Assembly: GCA_016201505.1 (NCBI GenBank)
Contig: JACQCQ010000006.1
Location: 1-62,290 of the forward strand
DNA: 62,290 bases
Reading direction: 5' to 3'
Origin: Candidatus Sungiibacteriota bacterium
GTDB lineage: Bacteria; Patescibacteriota; Minisyncoccia; Sungbacterales; JACQCQ01
The position numbers and the translations under genes are program-made. Positions 16,935 to 26,074 of this stretch are shown piece by piece. The first letter of the stretch is position 1; each line of letters opens with the position of its first letter. The notes beneath the pieces are model-generated. The model made no database searches. It saw only the letters and a program-made list of their open reading frames with translations, and was not told the origin of the DNA.

Positions 16935-17297
16935 CTTGGCCTCCTCTCTGCCAACTGGATCTCTTATCAAGCCCAGCGGGCTACCTTGGGAAAGTACCCG
17001 ACGAAGATTCTGTTTTGCAAAACGCTCGACCGACGAAGTGACCTTGGTGCCGACGTAGTCGGATCACGAGGAGTGTCGGCGAGTCGAGCTCTCGGCGGAA
17101 GAGCGAGACGCTTTTGCAAAACACGAATCGAGCCACCCAGAAAACTTGAGGCAAGGCCTCTCGCTTGGGAGCAGAGAGGTTAGGATAGACTCCTGGCACC
17201 GGTCCAGCCGGAGCCAGCCGGCCCTACGGCAACCTATCCCCTTACGGCTTGCGCCGTATTTTGCCTCAAGATTTCTGGGCGGCTCGTGTGTTACCAT
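16935..17297. ncRNA. candidate structured RNA or long structured leader in a G+C-rich non-coding island; class unassigned
   Basis: No credible ORF; only short overlapping ORFs on both strands. A 19-nt long-range pairing joins CCCAGAAAACTTGAGGCAA (17128-17146) with TTGCCTCAAGATTTCTGGG (17261-17279). Nested hairpins include CCTCTC...GAGAGG, GGATAG...CTATCC and CCGAC-GTA-GTCGG. CGGC-GCAA-GCCG forms a GNRA loop if transcribed from the minus strand. A TTTTGCAAAAC motif is duplicated. Confidence 0.25.
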
Positions 17298-17321
17298 AAA
17301 AAAGAGCTACTAAAAAGCTCT
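17296..17321 (-). terminator. hairpin AGAGCT/AGCTCT followed by a T-run on the minus strand
   Basis: The plus strand reads aaaaaAGAGCTactaaaaAGCTCT. On the minus strand a stem then TTTTTT is formed. What it terminates is unclear, because the nearest upstream minus-strand gene (tyrS) lies more than 3 kb away, so the function is uncertain. Confidence 0.3.
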
Positions 17322-17356
17322 AGAATTATATCAGAAAATAAAGCTTTGTCAATCCC

Positions 17357-18400
17357 ATGGTAAACCCGGGTAGGCGGCGTGGTATGAACCAAGAACTGGA
17401 AAAGGTAGAAAAAACCGAGGATAAAAATCTGGACTTGGCGCTCCGTCCCCAGCGCTGGGACGAGTATATTGGCCAGAATTCGGTGAAAGACAACCTGAAA
17501 ATTTTAATTGGCGCCGCCCAGGGGCGCGGTGAATCGATTGAGCATATTTTGTTATATGGCCCGGCGGGAGTTGGCAAAACTACGCTGGCCTATTTAATCG
17601 CCCGCGAGATGAATACAAACATTCGCATCACCTCGGGCCCGGCGATTGAACGCGTCGGGGACCTGGCCTCCATTCTGACAAACCTGATGCCGGGCGATAT
17701 TTTATTTATTGATGAGGCACATCGCCTAAACAAAATGATCGAGGAAGTTTTGTATCCGGCTATGGAGTCGCGCACACTCGACATTATTATCGGCAAAGGC
17801 CCTTCGGCGCGTACCATTCAACTCGATCTGCCGCCGTTTACCTTAATTGCGGCCACCACCCGCGTCGGGCTTCTGTCTTCGCCGCTGCGCTCACGTTTTG
17901 GCGTCACCTTCCGGCTTGATTTTTACACCAACGAGGATCTCGAAAAGATTCTAGCACGATCGGCGAAATTACTGACGGTTCAAATCTCAAACGATGCCCT
18001 GTCGCACGTTGCCGCCTGCTCACGCCAAACCCCGAGAGTCGCCAATCGGCTCCTAAAGCGCGTCCGCGATTATGCTCAAGTCCATGGCGACGGGAATATT
18101 ACCGGCACCACGGCCACTTCCGCGCTTAAACTTTTAAGTATAGATTTGCTGGGGCTTGAAGAAACCGACCGCCGGTTGCTACAAGCCATCATTTCAAAAT
18201 TTAACGGCGGGCCAGTCGGGCTCCAGTCGCTCGCCGCCGCCTGCTCCGAGGAAATCGACACGATTGAAGAGCTGCATGAGCCCTTCTTAATGCAGCTTGG
18301 GTTTATTGAGCGAACATCGAGGGGGAGACTTGCCACCCGCCGCGCCTACGAACACTTGGGACTCGCATTTCCCGAAACCGAGGCACGGCTCGCGCTATGA
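17357..18400 (+). CDS. ruvB: Holliday junction branch migration helicase RuvB (alternative start ATG 17384)
   Basis: [12 protein letters not shown], Walker [12 protein letters not shown], Walker B FIDEAHRL, sensor and winged-helix C-terminus. Confidence 0.97.
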   Translation: MVNPGRRRGMNQELEKVEKTEDKNLDLALRPQRWDEYIGQNSVKDNLKILIGAAQGRGESIEHILLYGPAGVGKTTLAYLIAREMNTNIRITSGPAIERVGDLASILTNLMPGDILFIDEAHRLNKMIEEVLYPAMESRTLDIIIGKGPSARTIQLDLPPFTLIAATTRVGLLSSPLRSRFGVTFRLDFYTNEDLEKILARSAKLLTVQISNDALSHVAACSRQTPRVANRLLKRVRDYAQVHGDGNITGTTATSALKLLSIDLLGLEETDRRLLQAIISKFNGGPVGLQSLAAACSEEIDTIEELHEPFLMQLGFIERTSRGRLATRRAYEHLGLAFPETEARLAL

Positions 18401-18609
18401 TATTTACGATAAGTCTCATCTTATTTTCTATTTTTATACTCGGCTATCTGTTGTTTGGCTTGGCAATTTTATATCACCTGCGTGCCTACATTCTGCCCAA
18501 TTGGTATTTGGCGCGTACGGTCTCGGGACTCTTTATCGGCATTTCGATCGTATTCTTACTGCTCGCCGCATTTTATTTTTTTCAAATTCCCTGGGCCTCC
18601 TACCCATAA
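18397..18609 (+). CDS. small membrane protein (70 aa, two TM segments)
   Basis: Its ATG overlaps the ruvB stop (ATGA, 18397-18400). Strongly hydrophobic: [26 protein letters not shown]... Confidence 0.55.
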   Translation: MIFTISLILFSIFILGYLLFGLAILYHLRAYILPNWYLARTVSGLFIGISIVFLLLAAFYFFQIPWASYP

Positions 18610-18612
18610 GCT

Positions 18613-19119
18613 ATGTCATTTCTGCATCTCGATGAAAACGAGGCGGTACAAATGGTGATTCGGCGTCACTGGTGGGCGCTTCTCACCCCAAGCGTTTCGG
18701 CGCTGGCCCTTTTGATCCTGCCCGCGCTCGTCGTCATCTTCGGCCAAAACATTATGGGCGCCATCGACCCGGCAATGATGCGCTTTGGCATCGCGGTTTA
18801 TTTTCTCCTGCTTTCGGTTTTTGTCTTTACCCTCTGGGTTGAGTATTATCTCGATGTCTGGATCATCACCTCGCGGCGCATTATCGACATCGACCAACTG
18901 GGCCTTTTCCGCCGCACCATTTCCGAATTCCCGCTCGATCGCATTCAGGATGTCACCGTTGAAGTAAAAGGTATCATCCCCACCCTGCTGCGATTTGGCG
19001 ATTTAAAAGTTGAAACGGCGGGCCACTTAAAATCGTTCGTCTTGCTCGATGCGCCAAACCCCGAGGCCGCCAAAAATCTACTCCTTTCAAACGTTGAAAA
19101 AAGCGAGACGGTTTCTTGA
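18613..19119 (+). CDS. bacterial PH-domain (YdbS/YdbT-like, bPH_2) membrane protein
   Basis: LHLDENEAVQMVIRRHWWALL, then two TM segments, then SRRIIDIDQLGLFRRTISEFPLDRIQDV, the typical bPH_2 arrangement. Confidence 0.7.
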   Translation: MSFLHLDENEAVQMVIRRHWWALLTPSVSALALLILPALVVIFGQNIMGAIDPAMMRFGIAVYFLLLSVFVFTLWVEYYLDVWIITSRRIIDIDQLGLFRRTISEFPLDRIQDVTVEVKGIIPTLLRFGDLKVETAGHLKSFVLLDAPNPEAAKNLLLSNVEKSETVS

Positions 19120-19163
19120 TTCTTGATTCTCGCGCTGCATACCCGCCAGCCTAAACCTCAGCC

Positions 19164-19874
19164 ATGTCAGGACATTCTAAATGGGCCCAAATTAAGCATA
19201 AGAAGGCCGTGGTCGACGCCAAGCGCTCGAACCTTTTTTCCAAATTGGTTCGTGCCATAATGATTGCGGCGCGTACCGGTGAAAATCCGGACATGAATCC
19301 AAGACTCAAGCTTGAAATTGACCGCGCACGGGAGTTTAATATGCCTGCCGAGAATATTGAGCGAGCGATTAAAAAGGCAACCTCGGCCAAAGAGGCTGAT
19401 TTGCTCTCTGAAGTTCTCTATGAAGCCTACGGGCCGGGGGGTGTGGCGATTTTGATTGAGGGGGTAACTGACAACAAAAATCGGACGGCCGCCGAAATCA
19501 AGCGGATTCTCGCCGATCACGGCGGGAAGTTGGCAGAAGCGGGGTCGGTTCAATGGCTTTTTGAACGAAAAGCTATTCTCATCGCCGACGCATTTCATTC
19601 CGACGAGATCGAACTTGGCCTGATTGATGCCGGCGCCGAAGATATCTCGCATGAAGCAGATGCCACTCTCATTCTTTCTCCGTTTGAAATCAAAGAAATT
19701 CTGGCGTATAAATTACGCGAACTGGACATTTCACTGCGCGAAATGAAGGCGGTCTACCTGCCAAAAAATAAAGTGGCGCGGGGTTTGGAGGCTGATCGTC
19801 TGGCAAGCCTGGTAGAAGCACTTGAAACGCACGATGATGTATTATCGGTATGGACGAACACGGCAGAAGATTAA
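19164..19874 (+). CDS. yebC: YebC/PmpR-family DNA-binding regulator
   Basis: MSGHSKWAQIKHKKAVVDAKRSNLFSKLVRAI is the invariant YebC N-terminus. Confidence 0.95.
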   Translation: MSGHSKWAQIKHKKAVVDAKRSNLFSKLVRAIMIAARTGENPDMNPRLKLEIDRAREFNMPAENIERAIKKATSAKEADLLSEVLYEAYGPGGVAILIEGVTDNKNRTAAEIKRILADHGGKLAEAGSVQWLFERKAILIADAFHSDEIELGLIDAGAEDISHEADATLILSPFEIKEILAYKLRELDISLREMKAVYLPKNKVARGLEADRLASLVEALETHDDVLSVWTNTAED

Positions 19875-20341
19875 AACGGGTTCTGGGTGTTGACCCGGGG
19901 ACAACCCGCGTGGGGTATGCCGTCTTGGAGGGCGCGAAAAATCACTCGGTGGTTGCATCCGGCGTTTTCACCGAACGGGGCACGAACCCGGCCCATCAAT
20001 TGTTCCTGCTTCATAAAAGACTTCGCGGGGTCATCAGACGCACAAAACCCGAGGCTATCGCCATCGAAAAATTATTCTTTTCGAAAAACGTAAAGACGGC
20101 GCTGGCAGTCGCCGAGGCCCGTGGCATAATTCTCTTGACAGCCGAAATGTCCAATCTTAGAGTGTACGAGTATACGCCGCAAGAAATTAAAATCGCCTTG
20201 ACTTCCAGGGGCAATGCAGATAAAAAACAAGTTGCGGCAATGATTCGCTTACTGCTCCATCTATCACGCTTGCCGAAATTAGACGACGAGACCGATGCTA
20301 TGGCCATAGCGCTGACGGCTCTCGTCAGCCAGCCTATATAA
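19850..20341 (+). CDS. ruvC: crossover junction endodeoxyribonuclease RuvC
   Basis: RVLGVDPGTTRVGYAVLE (catalytic Asp), AIEKLFFSKN, and a C-terminal DDETDAMAIAL (catalytic acidic residues). Overlaps the yebC 3' end by 25 nt. Confidence 0.9.
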   Translation: MDEHGRRLKRVLGVDPGTTRVGYAVLEGAKNHSVVASGVFTERGTNPAHQLFLLHKRLRGVIRRTKPEAIAIEKLFFSKNVKTALAVAEARGIILLTAEMSNLRVYEYTPQEIKIALTSRGNADKKQVAAMIRLLLHLSRLPKLDDETDAMAIALTALVSQPI

Positions 20342-20380
20342 CATCAAAGGTCGCAAACAAACGAACGTTATTCTAGAACA

Positions 20381-20533
20381 ATGGAACTTTACGACGAATT
20401 GCACGATCCTATAGCGGTCGAGACCAGCGAGGACGATGGAACGGGTGACGGAGACGACAAGTTGGGCGAGGACGCCGACGACGATGAGGAACTCGAAGAT
20501 GACGATGATTTCGATACCGATGACGATGAATAA
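20381..20533 (+). CDS. hyper-acidic 50-aa protein (28 of 50 residues D/E)
   Basis: ATG 20381 to TAA 20531-20533 reads MELYDELHDPIAVETSEDDGTGDGDDKLGEDADDDEELEDDDDFDTDDDE. A -10-like TATTCT (20369-20374) lies 6 nt upstream, and a strong terminator follows immediately. Confidence 0.5.
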   Translation: MELYDELHDPIAVETSEDDGTGDGDDKLGEDADDDEELEDDDDFDTDDDE

Positions 20534-20539
20534 ATAAAA

Positions 20540-20577
20540 GAGACCCTCCGACGTTACGTCGGAGGGTCTCTTTTTAG
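20540..20577 (+). terminator. intrinsic terminator
   Basis: GAGACCCTCCGACG-tta-CGTCGGAGGGTCTC followed by TTTTT. Confidence 0.85.
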
Positions 20578-20859
20578 ATAACATCTAGCCGCCGTCGCAG
20601 CAGACCTCCGGCATTAGCCTAAGGGTGAGTGCGATTATGACAGATAATCTTGAGCCGAGTTTGGAAGTGGATGCTTTGGCGCCTGCCCGCCAGTGCCTGT
20701 GCCATAAGACTCCGCCATATATCGCAAGAACACTCTATATCCTCACACTTTCCTAAGCTCGTCTAGCAGGCAGATGGCAGGCAGGGATTCCGCTGATCTC
20801 GCCAGCGTTTGCCTGAAGGCGAATTGCGAGATGCCACGGCCGTACGGCCCCGCGGGGCT

Positions 20860-22068
20860 TCATTTAATTCGCATGAACCTCGTCTTACCTACTCGCACTA
20901 CCATTTTTGCAGTAACGGACACGATCTGCTTTGAATCTCTAATTTTCTCGGCCAGGCCCTGCTTTGGGATAATCTCGACCGCCCCCTGCTCCACGAGCCG
21001 CCGAGCCTCGGATTTCGATGGAGCCATGCCAAGTGCCATCAGCAGGGCTACAATTTCATAGGATCCGGGGCGGAGTTCTTTTTGAAGAATTGCTGAAGGT
21101 AGCTCCTTTTTTGAAAATACTTTTATAAATTCAGCCCGCGACTTTTCGCCCGCAACCGCTCCGTGATAAAGACTGACGATGTCTTGCGCCAAATCTAACT
21201 TGATGTCCCGTGGGTTTTCGCCGGACTTCAGGCGTTTTTTAATCGCCTGGATTTCTGCGTCGTTTCGGTCGGTGGTAAGTTTAAAATAGAGCAGGATCGA
21301 CGAATCAGGTAACGACATAGCTTTACCAAACATTGAGTCTTGCGATTCTGTTACACCAATGTAATTGTCGAGAGATTTTGACATCTTTTCTTTGCCATCG
21401 AGCCCGGGTAGAATTTCAAATGTGATAATATCTTGCGGCGGCATGCCGAGTTTCTCCATCAAGTGCCGGGCTGCAAGAAAATTAAAGAGTTGATCGGTCC
21501 CGCCGATTTCTATATCAGCTTTTACGGCGACGGAGTCATAGCCTTGGAAAATCGGGTACAGCAACTCATGCAGCCAAACCTCGGTGCCGGCTTTCAAGCG
21601 CTTTGCAAAATCGTCGCGTTCTAAAATGCGTGCGGCGGTAAATTGACCGGCGAGTCGGATAATCTCTTCAGCGCTCAACTTGGAAAGCCATTGGCTATTT
21701 TTTCTAATCTCGGCTTTTTTTACATCAAGAAATTTAGCAACTTGATCAAAGTATGTCTTGGAGTTTCTCGCGGCTTCTTTAGCGGTCAAAGATTTTTTGG
21801 CATTGGCTCGCCCAGATGGGTCTCCGATACGGGCGGTAAAATCGCCGATAATAAAAACGACGGTGTGGCCGAGGTCCTGCAGAGCGCGCAGGCGGCGCAG
21901 CACGACGGCGTGACCCAGATGTAAATCGGGCCGCGTGGGGTCACAGCCGAGTTTGATGCGTAATTTTTTTCCGGAAGTTAATTTCCTTTCCAAAGATGCC
22001 CGGTCGATCGCGTTCACCGCATTGCGCGTCAGTATTTTGTGAACGCTGTCGGGGCTGGCTTTTTTCAT
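20860..22068 (-). CDS. tyrS: tyrosine--tRNA ligase
   Basis: HIGH-type motif (PDLHLGHAVV), KMSKS present, and a C-terminal S4-like domain (SKSEARRLVEQGAV). Confidence 0.96.
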   Translation of the reverse strand: MKKASPDSVHKILTRNAVNAIDRASLERKLTSGKKLRIKLGCDPTRPDLHLGHAVVLRRLRALQDLGHTVVFIIGDFTARIGDPSGRANAKKSLTAKEAARNSKTYFDQVAKFLDVKKAEIRKNSQWLSKLSAEEIIRLAGQFTAARILERDDFAKRLKAGTEVWLHELLYPIFQGYDSVAVKADIEIGGTDQLFNFLAARHLMEKLGMPPQDIITFEILPGLDGKEKMSKSLDNYIGVTESQDSMFGKAMSLPDSSILLYFKLTTDRNDAEIQAIKKRLKSGENPRDIKLDLAQDIVSLYHGAVAGEKSRAEFIKVFSKKELPSAILQKELRPGSYEIVALLMALGMAPSKSEARRLVEQGAVEIIPKQGLAEKIRDSKQIVSVTAKMVVRVGKTRFMRIK

Positions 22069-22147
22069 AATTTAAACTCTAGCGCACTTTTTCCACGCGC
22101 GCTACCGGCATTGAAAAAGGCGCCTCTTAGCATTACCCTGGAAAAAT

Positions 22148-24700
22148 ATGCGTCGTCGACGTCGTATGCTTGGGGTCAACTCCTGGAAAAAACTAATCTG
22201 GATTATTGTCGGTACAGCCGGGGGGTTACTCCTAGGCGGCGGCGTTTCAATTTACTTGGTTCTGGCGGGCGTGCCTGATCCGACTCGGCTGGAAGACCGG
22301 AAAATTGCCCAGTCTACCCGCATCATGGATCGCACCAGCACTGTCGTGCTCTATGATATCCACGGCGAGGAAAAAAGAACGGTGATCCCCTTTGATCAAA
22401 TCCCCGATTCCGTAAAAAAAGCTACCGTTGCTATCGAGGACGAGCGATTTTATTCGCACGGCGGCGTTGATATTCGGGGCATGCTGCGCGCCTTGTTGGT
22501 GGATATCACCTCCGGCAGTTTGAGAGAGGGCGGATCCACCATCACCCAGCAATTTGTAAAAGGAGCCTTACTGAAACCCGATCGATCGATTGTGAGAAAA
22601 ATCCGCGAGGCGATTATCGCCATCATTCTGGAATCGCGCTACTCCAAGGATGAAATTCTCGGCTTCTATTTAAACCAGATCCCCTACGGTGCCAACGCCT
22701 ACGGCATCGAAGCCGCGGCCCAAACCTACTTTGGCAAAAGCGCCCGAAATCTAGACCCGGCGGAATCGGCCTTGCTCGCCGCCCTGCCGCAGGCGCCATC
22801 TTATTATTCTCCTTTCGGTTCACACCGCGACGAGTTGCTGAAACGAAAAGACGTGGTGCTTGACCATATGGTTGACCTCGGATTTATTTCAAAACCGGAC
22901 GCCGCAGCGGCGAAAAAGGAAGTTCTCGAGATCAAGAAAGCCAAGCAAGACATACTCGCGCCTCACTTCGTAAATTACATCCGTGAATATTTAGCCCAAA
23001 CCTACGGTGAGGAAACTGTCGAGCAGGGCGGACTCACCGTCATTACGACCCTAAACTGGGATCTGCAGCAAAAAGCAGAAGAAGTCGTGCAGAACGGAGC
23101 TCTTAGAAATGACAACCTGATTGATGCCAAAAATTCAGCGCTCGTCGCCATGGATCCAAAGACGGGGGAAATTCTGGCCATGGTTGGCTCGCGCGATTAT
23201 TTTTCTGATCCCCTACCGAAAGGTTGCACGCCGGGCCTTAACTGCCAGCTTGATCCCCAAGTTAATGTGACCATAAAGCCGCGGCAGCCGGGCTCTGCAT
23301 TTAAGCCGTTCGTTTATGCGACCGCGCTTTTAAAAGGCTACACGGATAAGACCGTGCTCTTTGATGTTCCAACAGAGTTTAATGCGATTTGTAATCCTGA
23401 CGGCACGGCACCCGCCGGATATGACCCCCGAAACTGCTACATGCCGGGAAACTATGATGAAAAATTCCGCGGGCCGGTTGTTGTTCGCAATGCGCTGGCA
23501 GAGTCACTCAATGTTCCTTCGGTTGAGTTGCTCTATCTGGCCGGCGTTGAAAATTCGATTAAAACGGCCAACGCCATGGGCATTACCACGATCCAATATG
23601 ATCCGGCGCGCTACGGACTGGCCTTAGTGCTCGGCGGCGCGGAAGTGACACTGCTGGATATGGTCCACGGATACGGCGGATTCGCGCGCGATGGAGTACA
23701 GGCCAACCTGACCGGCATCATAAAAATTACCGATGCGAATGGAACGGTCCTAGAAGCAGAGCATATAAAGACTTCCGAGATCATCGACCCCGAAGTGGCG
23801 CGCATGATCAACGACATCCTTTCAGACAATAATGCACGACAGCCGATATTCGCTCCTCAGTCGTCGCTGTACTTTCCCGATCGGCAGGTCGCCGCTAAAA
23901 CTGGAACGACGCAGGACTATCGCGACGCCTGGACGATCGGCTATACGCCGTCGCTGGTTGTCGGGGTATGGAGTGGAAACAATAATAATAAGCCGATGAA
24001 ACAAAAAGGCTCCGGCGTGCTCGCCTCCGCCCCCATCTTCCACGCTTTTTTTGAAGCGGCCCTCGCGGGATCGCCTCCCGAACAATTTACCAAACCCGCC
24101 CCCGTCCAAACGGACAAGCCGATTTTAAGCGGCCTCTGGCGAGGGGGACAGGTCATTGTGATTGACAGGTTATCAGGAAAATTGGCGACAGCCGATACAC
24201 CAGAAGAGTTACGTCAGCAGATTACAGCGGGTGAGCCGCATACGATTTTATATTGGGTGGACAAAGATAATCCTCGGGGTCCTGTGCCGCAAAATCCTGC
24301 GGCCGATCCCGAGTACAGTCATTGGGAGTATGCCCTCAATCGATGGCTCCAAGTAAATCCAATCGGTCCCCCTAGCATCGTGCCGACTGAATTTGATCCA
24401 TTGCACACTGGGGCCACAAAACCACAGCTTCAAATACTTTTTCCTAAGGCTGGCGATGTCATCCAAAAAGGTTCAGCCATACATGTCAATCTGACTTTTT
24501 CTGTCAAATTTCCGATTCAGGAAATTACGTTTCTGGTGAATGATAAAATCGAAAAATCACTGACTTTTGGCGCCTCGCCGATCGCCATCGAAATTCCAAC
24601 CGACGACTTAGACGCGGGAGAAATTGAATTAAAAATCCGCATCCGTGATGTGGTTGAAAATTCAAACGAGGTAACGATCCCGATACTCCTTACACCGTGA
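22148..24700 (+). CDS. class A penicillin-binding protein (glycosyltransferase + transpeptidase)
   Basis: GT51 motifs EDERFYSHGGVD, GGSTITQQF and RKIREA. Transpeptidase motifs SAFKP and KTGTT. N-terminal TM anchor. Confidence 0.93.
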   Translation: MRRRRRMLGVNSWKKLIWIIVGTAGGLLLGGGVSIYLVLAGVPDPTRLEDRKIAQSTRIMDRTSTVVLYDIHGEEKRTVIPFDQIPDSVKKATVAIEDERFYSHGGVDIRGMLRALLVDITSGSLREGGSTITQQFVKGALLKPDRSIVRKIREAIIAIILESRYSKDEILGFYLNQIPYGANAYGIEAAAQTYFGKSARNLDPAESALLAALPQAPSYYSPFGSHRDELLKRKDVVLDHMVDLGFISKPDAAAAKKEVLEIKKAKQDILAPHFVNYIREYLAQTYGEETVEQGGLTVITTLNWDLQQKAEEVVQNGALRNDNLIDAKNSALVAMDPKTGEILAMVGSRDYFSDPLPKGCTPGLNCQLDPQVNVTIKPRQPGSAFKPFVYATALLKGYTDKTVLFDVPTEFNAICNPDGTAPAGYDPRNCYMPGNYDEKFRGPVVVRNALAESLNVPSVELLYLAGVENSIKTANAMGITTIQYDPARYGLALVLGGAEVTLLDMVHGYGGFARDGVQANLTGIIKITDANGTVLEAEHIKTSEIIDPEVARMINDILSDNNARQPIFAPQSSLYFPDRQVAAKTGTTQDYRDAWTIGYTPSLVVGVWSGNNNNKPMKQKGSGVLASAPIFHAFFEAALAGSPPEQFTKPAPVQTDKPILSGLWRGGQVIVIDRLSGKLATADTPEELRQQITAGEPHTILYWVDKDNPRGPVPQNPAADPEYSHWEYALNRWLQVNPIGPPSIVPTEFDPLHTGATKPQLQILFPKAGDVIQKGSAIHVNLTFSVKFPIQEITFLVNDKIEKSLTFGASPIAIEIPTDDLDAGEIELKIRIRDVVENSNEVTIPILLTP

Positions 24701-24977
24701 ATCGAACCCGCCGACTGTCTAATCCCCGTTCTTTCAGGACCTTTTGAATAGTCAGGCGCGCCGTGAATAGTTCTGACAGAGCCGAATGAGACGCGGCGCG
24801 AATTACAATAGCCGACGATGACTCAATTACCGAGCGAATGCTGCCTGCGGCGTTTGGATTTTTTTGAGCCACCGCCTCTCGGATGGCGGAAAGTAGGCCC
24901 GCGTTGTAGTGGGTCACGGATTTGGCTTGATGGGTGTAGTGTTTTCCCTCGAAATCTTTTTTAATAGACCGCAACAT
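24690..24977 (-). CDS. DUF721 (DciA-like) protein downstream of dnaN
   Basis: 95 aa. AIVIRAASHSALSELFTARLTIQKVL resembles the conserved L-x-V-x-V-x-S-x-x-W-x-x-E-L block of DUF721. Position after dnaN is typical. The 3' end overlaps the convergent PBP gene by 11 nt. Confidence 0.45.
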   Translation of the reverse strand: MLRSIKKDFEGKHYTHQAKSVTHYNAGLLSAIREAVAQKNPNAAGSIRSVIESSSAIVIRAASHSALSELFTARLTIQKVLKERGLDSRRVRFTV

Positions 24978-24982
24978 GGGGT

Positions 24983-26074
24983 TTAAGAAATCCGAATCGG
25001 CATTAATATGGTAAAAAACTGAGGATCTTGGTCATCACGAATCAGGGCTGGTCTGGTTTCATCAATCAGCGAGACGGAAATCTCACTTGACCGCAGGCCC
25101 TCTAGGGCATCGGAGAGATAGCGGTAATTAAATCCGATGCGTCCGCTTTTGCCTGAGACTTTAGCATTAATCTCTTTTGTGTGCTTACCGACGTCGGGAT
25201 TTAAAATTTCAAGCATCAGGTGATTGGGTCGGTATGATAGGACGACATCGTTTAGTTTTGATGAAAATACGCTCGAGAGCTTAACGGATGAGAGCATCTC
25301 ATCCCGCGGAATAAACAGCGAGGTCGAAAAATCTTTTGGGATTAAATTCTCATAATCAGGATACCGGTCTTGGATGAGCCGTGTCACAATTTTAACATTC
25401 TCTGATTCAATCGCTACCTGTCCTTCGTGAAACAGAAATGTTGTCTCTTGGTCTGGATCGGCAATTTTTACAAATTCTTGTAGGGGGCGTAGGGGGATAA
25501 TGGCAGAAGTTTCTTCGGTGGCGGCGAATTCACTGATTTTGGCTTCAGCTAAGCGAAACGTATCCGTGCCGGTAAGGGTCAGTTGTTTTTTCCCCGCGCG
25601 AAAAAAAAGGCCGCTGATACCGGGTTTAAAGTCAGAGGCGGAAATTGACGGTAGAATACGTAGTAATTGAGGAATTAATATTGAATTCTTAATCGTTACT
25701 TTAGTTTTACCTTTAATCTGGGGCATGATGGGAAAATCTTTTGAGATAATACCTCTTATCTCTGATTGAGAACTGTCTGTTTCTAGGGTAATAACACCCT
25801 CTTTTTCTTCGAGTGTGATTTTTTCATCAGGTAGGGTTTGTAGGAGAGAAGATAAAACACGTGGAGGAATAGCAATTGACCCCTCGCGCGCAATTTTAGC
25901 CGGGATTTGCACCTCGACCCCCATTTCTAAATTGGTGGCTTGGATCTTTAGCTTTTGTGAATCTGTTTTTATTAAAATATTACCAATTATTGGTAACGAG
26001 AGCTGTTTCCCTAAAAAACGTTCAGCAACGAGGAGTGCGTCGCGGAGTGTAGTTCGTAAGACTGTAACAACCAT
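24983..26074 (-). CDS. dnaN: DNA polymerase III beta sliding clamp
   Basis: 363 aa, directly downstream of dnaA. Three-domain length and typical N-terminus (L..AL..V......LPIL.NILI). Confidence 0.93.
   Translation of the reverse strand: MVVTVLRTTLRDALLVAERFLGKQLSLPIIGNILIKTDSQKLKIQATNLEMGVEVQIPAKIAREGSIAIPPRVLSSLLQTLPDEKITLEEKEGVITLETDSSQSEIRGIISKDFPIMPQIKGKTKVTIKNSILIPQLLRILPSISASDFKPGISGLFFRAGKKQLTLTGTDTFRLAEAKISEFAATEETSAIIPLRPLQEFVKIADPDQETTFLFHEGQVAIESENVKIVTRLIQDRYPDYENLIPKDFSTSLFIPRDEMLSSVKLSSVFSSKLNDVVLSYRPNHLMLEILNPDVGKHTKEINAKVSGKSGRIGFNYRYLSDALEGLRSSEISVSLIDETRPALIRDDQDPQFFTILMPIRIS

Noticed and set aside
16610-17297. Six overlapping 65-85-aa ORFs on both strands of the G+C-rich island
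   Set aside because: They are mutually exclusive, Arg/Ser/Pro-rich, and lack start contexts. The region is better explained as non-coding or structured.
16935-17297. Attempted to read this region as RNase P RNA, tmRNA, SRP RNA or a cobalamin riboswitch
   Set aside because: It has partial look-alikes only (GGGAAAGUACCCG on the plus strand; GGUGCCAGGAG on the minus strand). The P4 partner strand, a tRNA-like acceptor/T-arm, a tag reading frame, the SRP domain IV motif and B12-box context are all missing.
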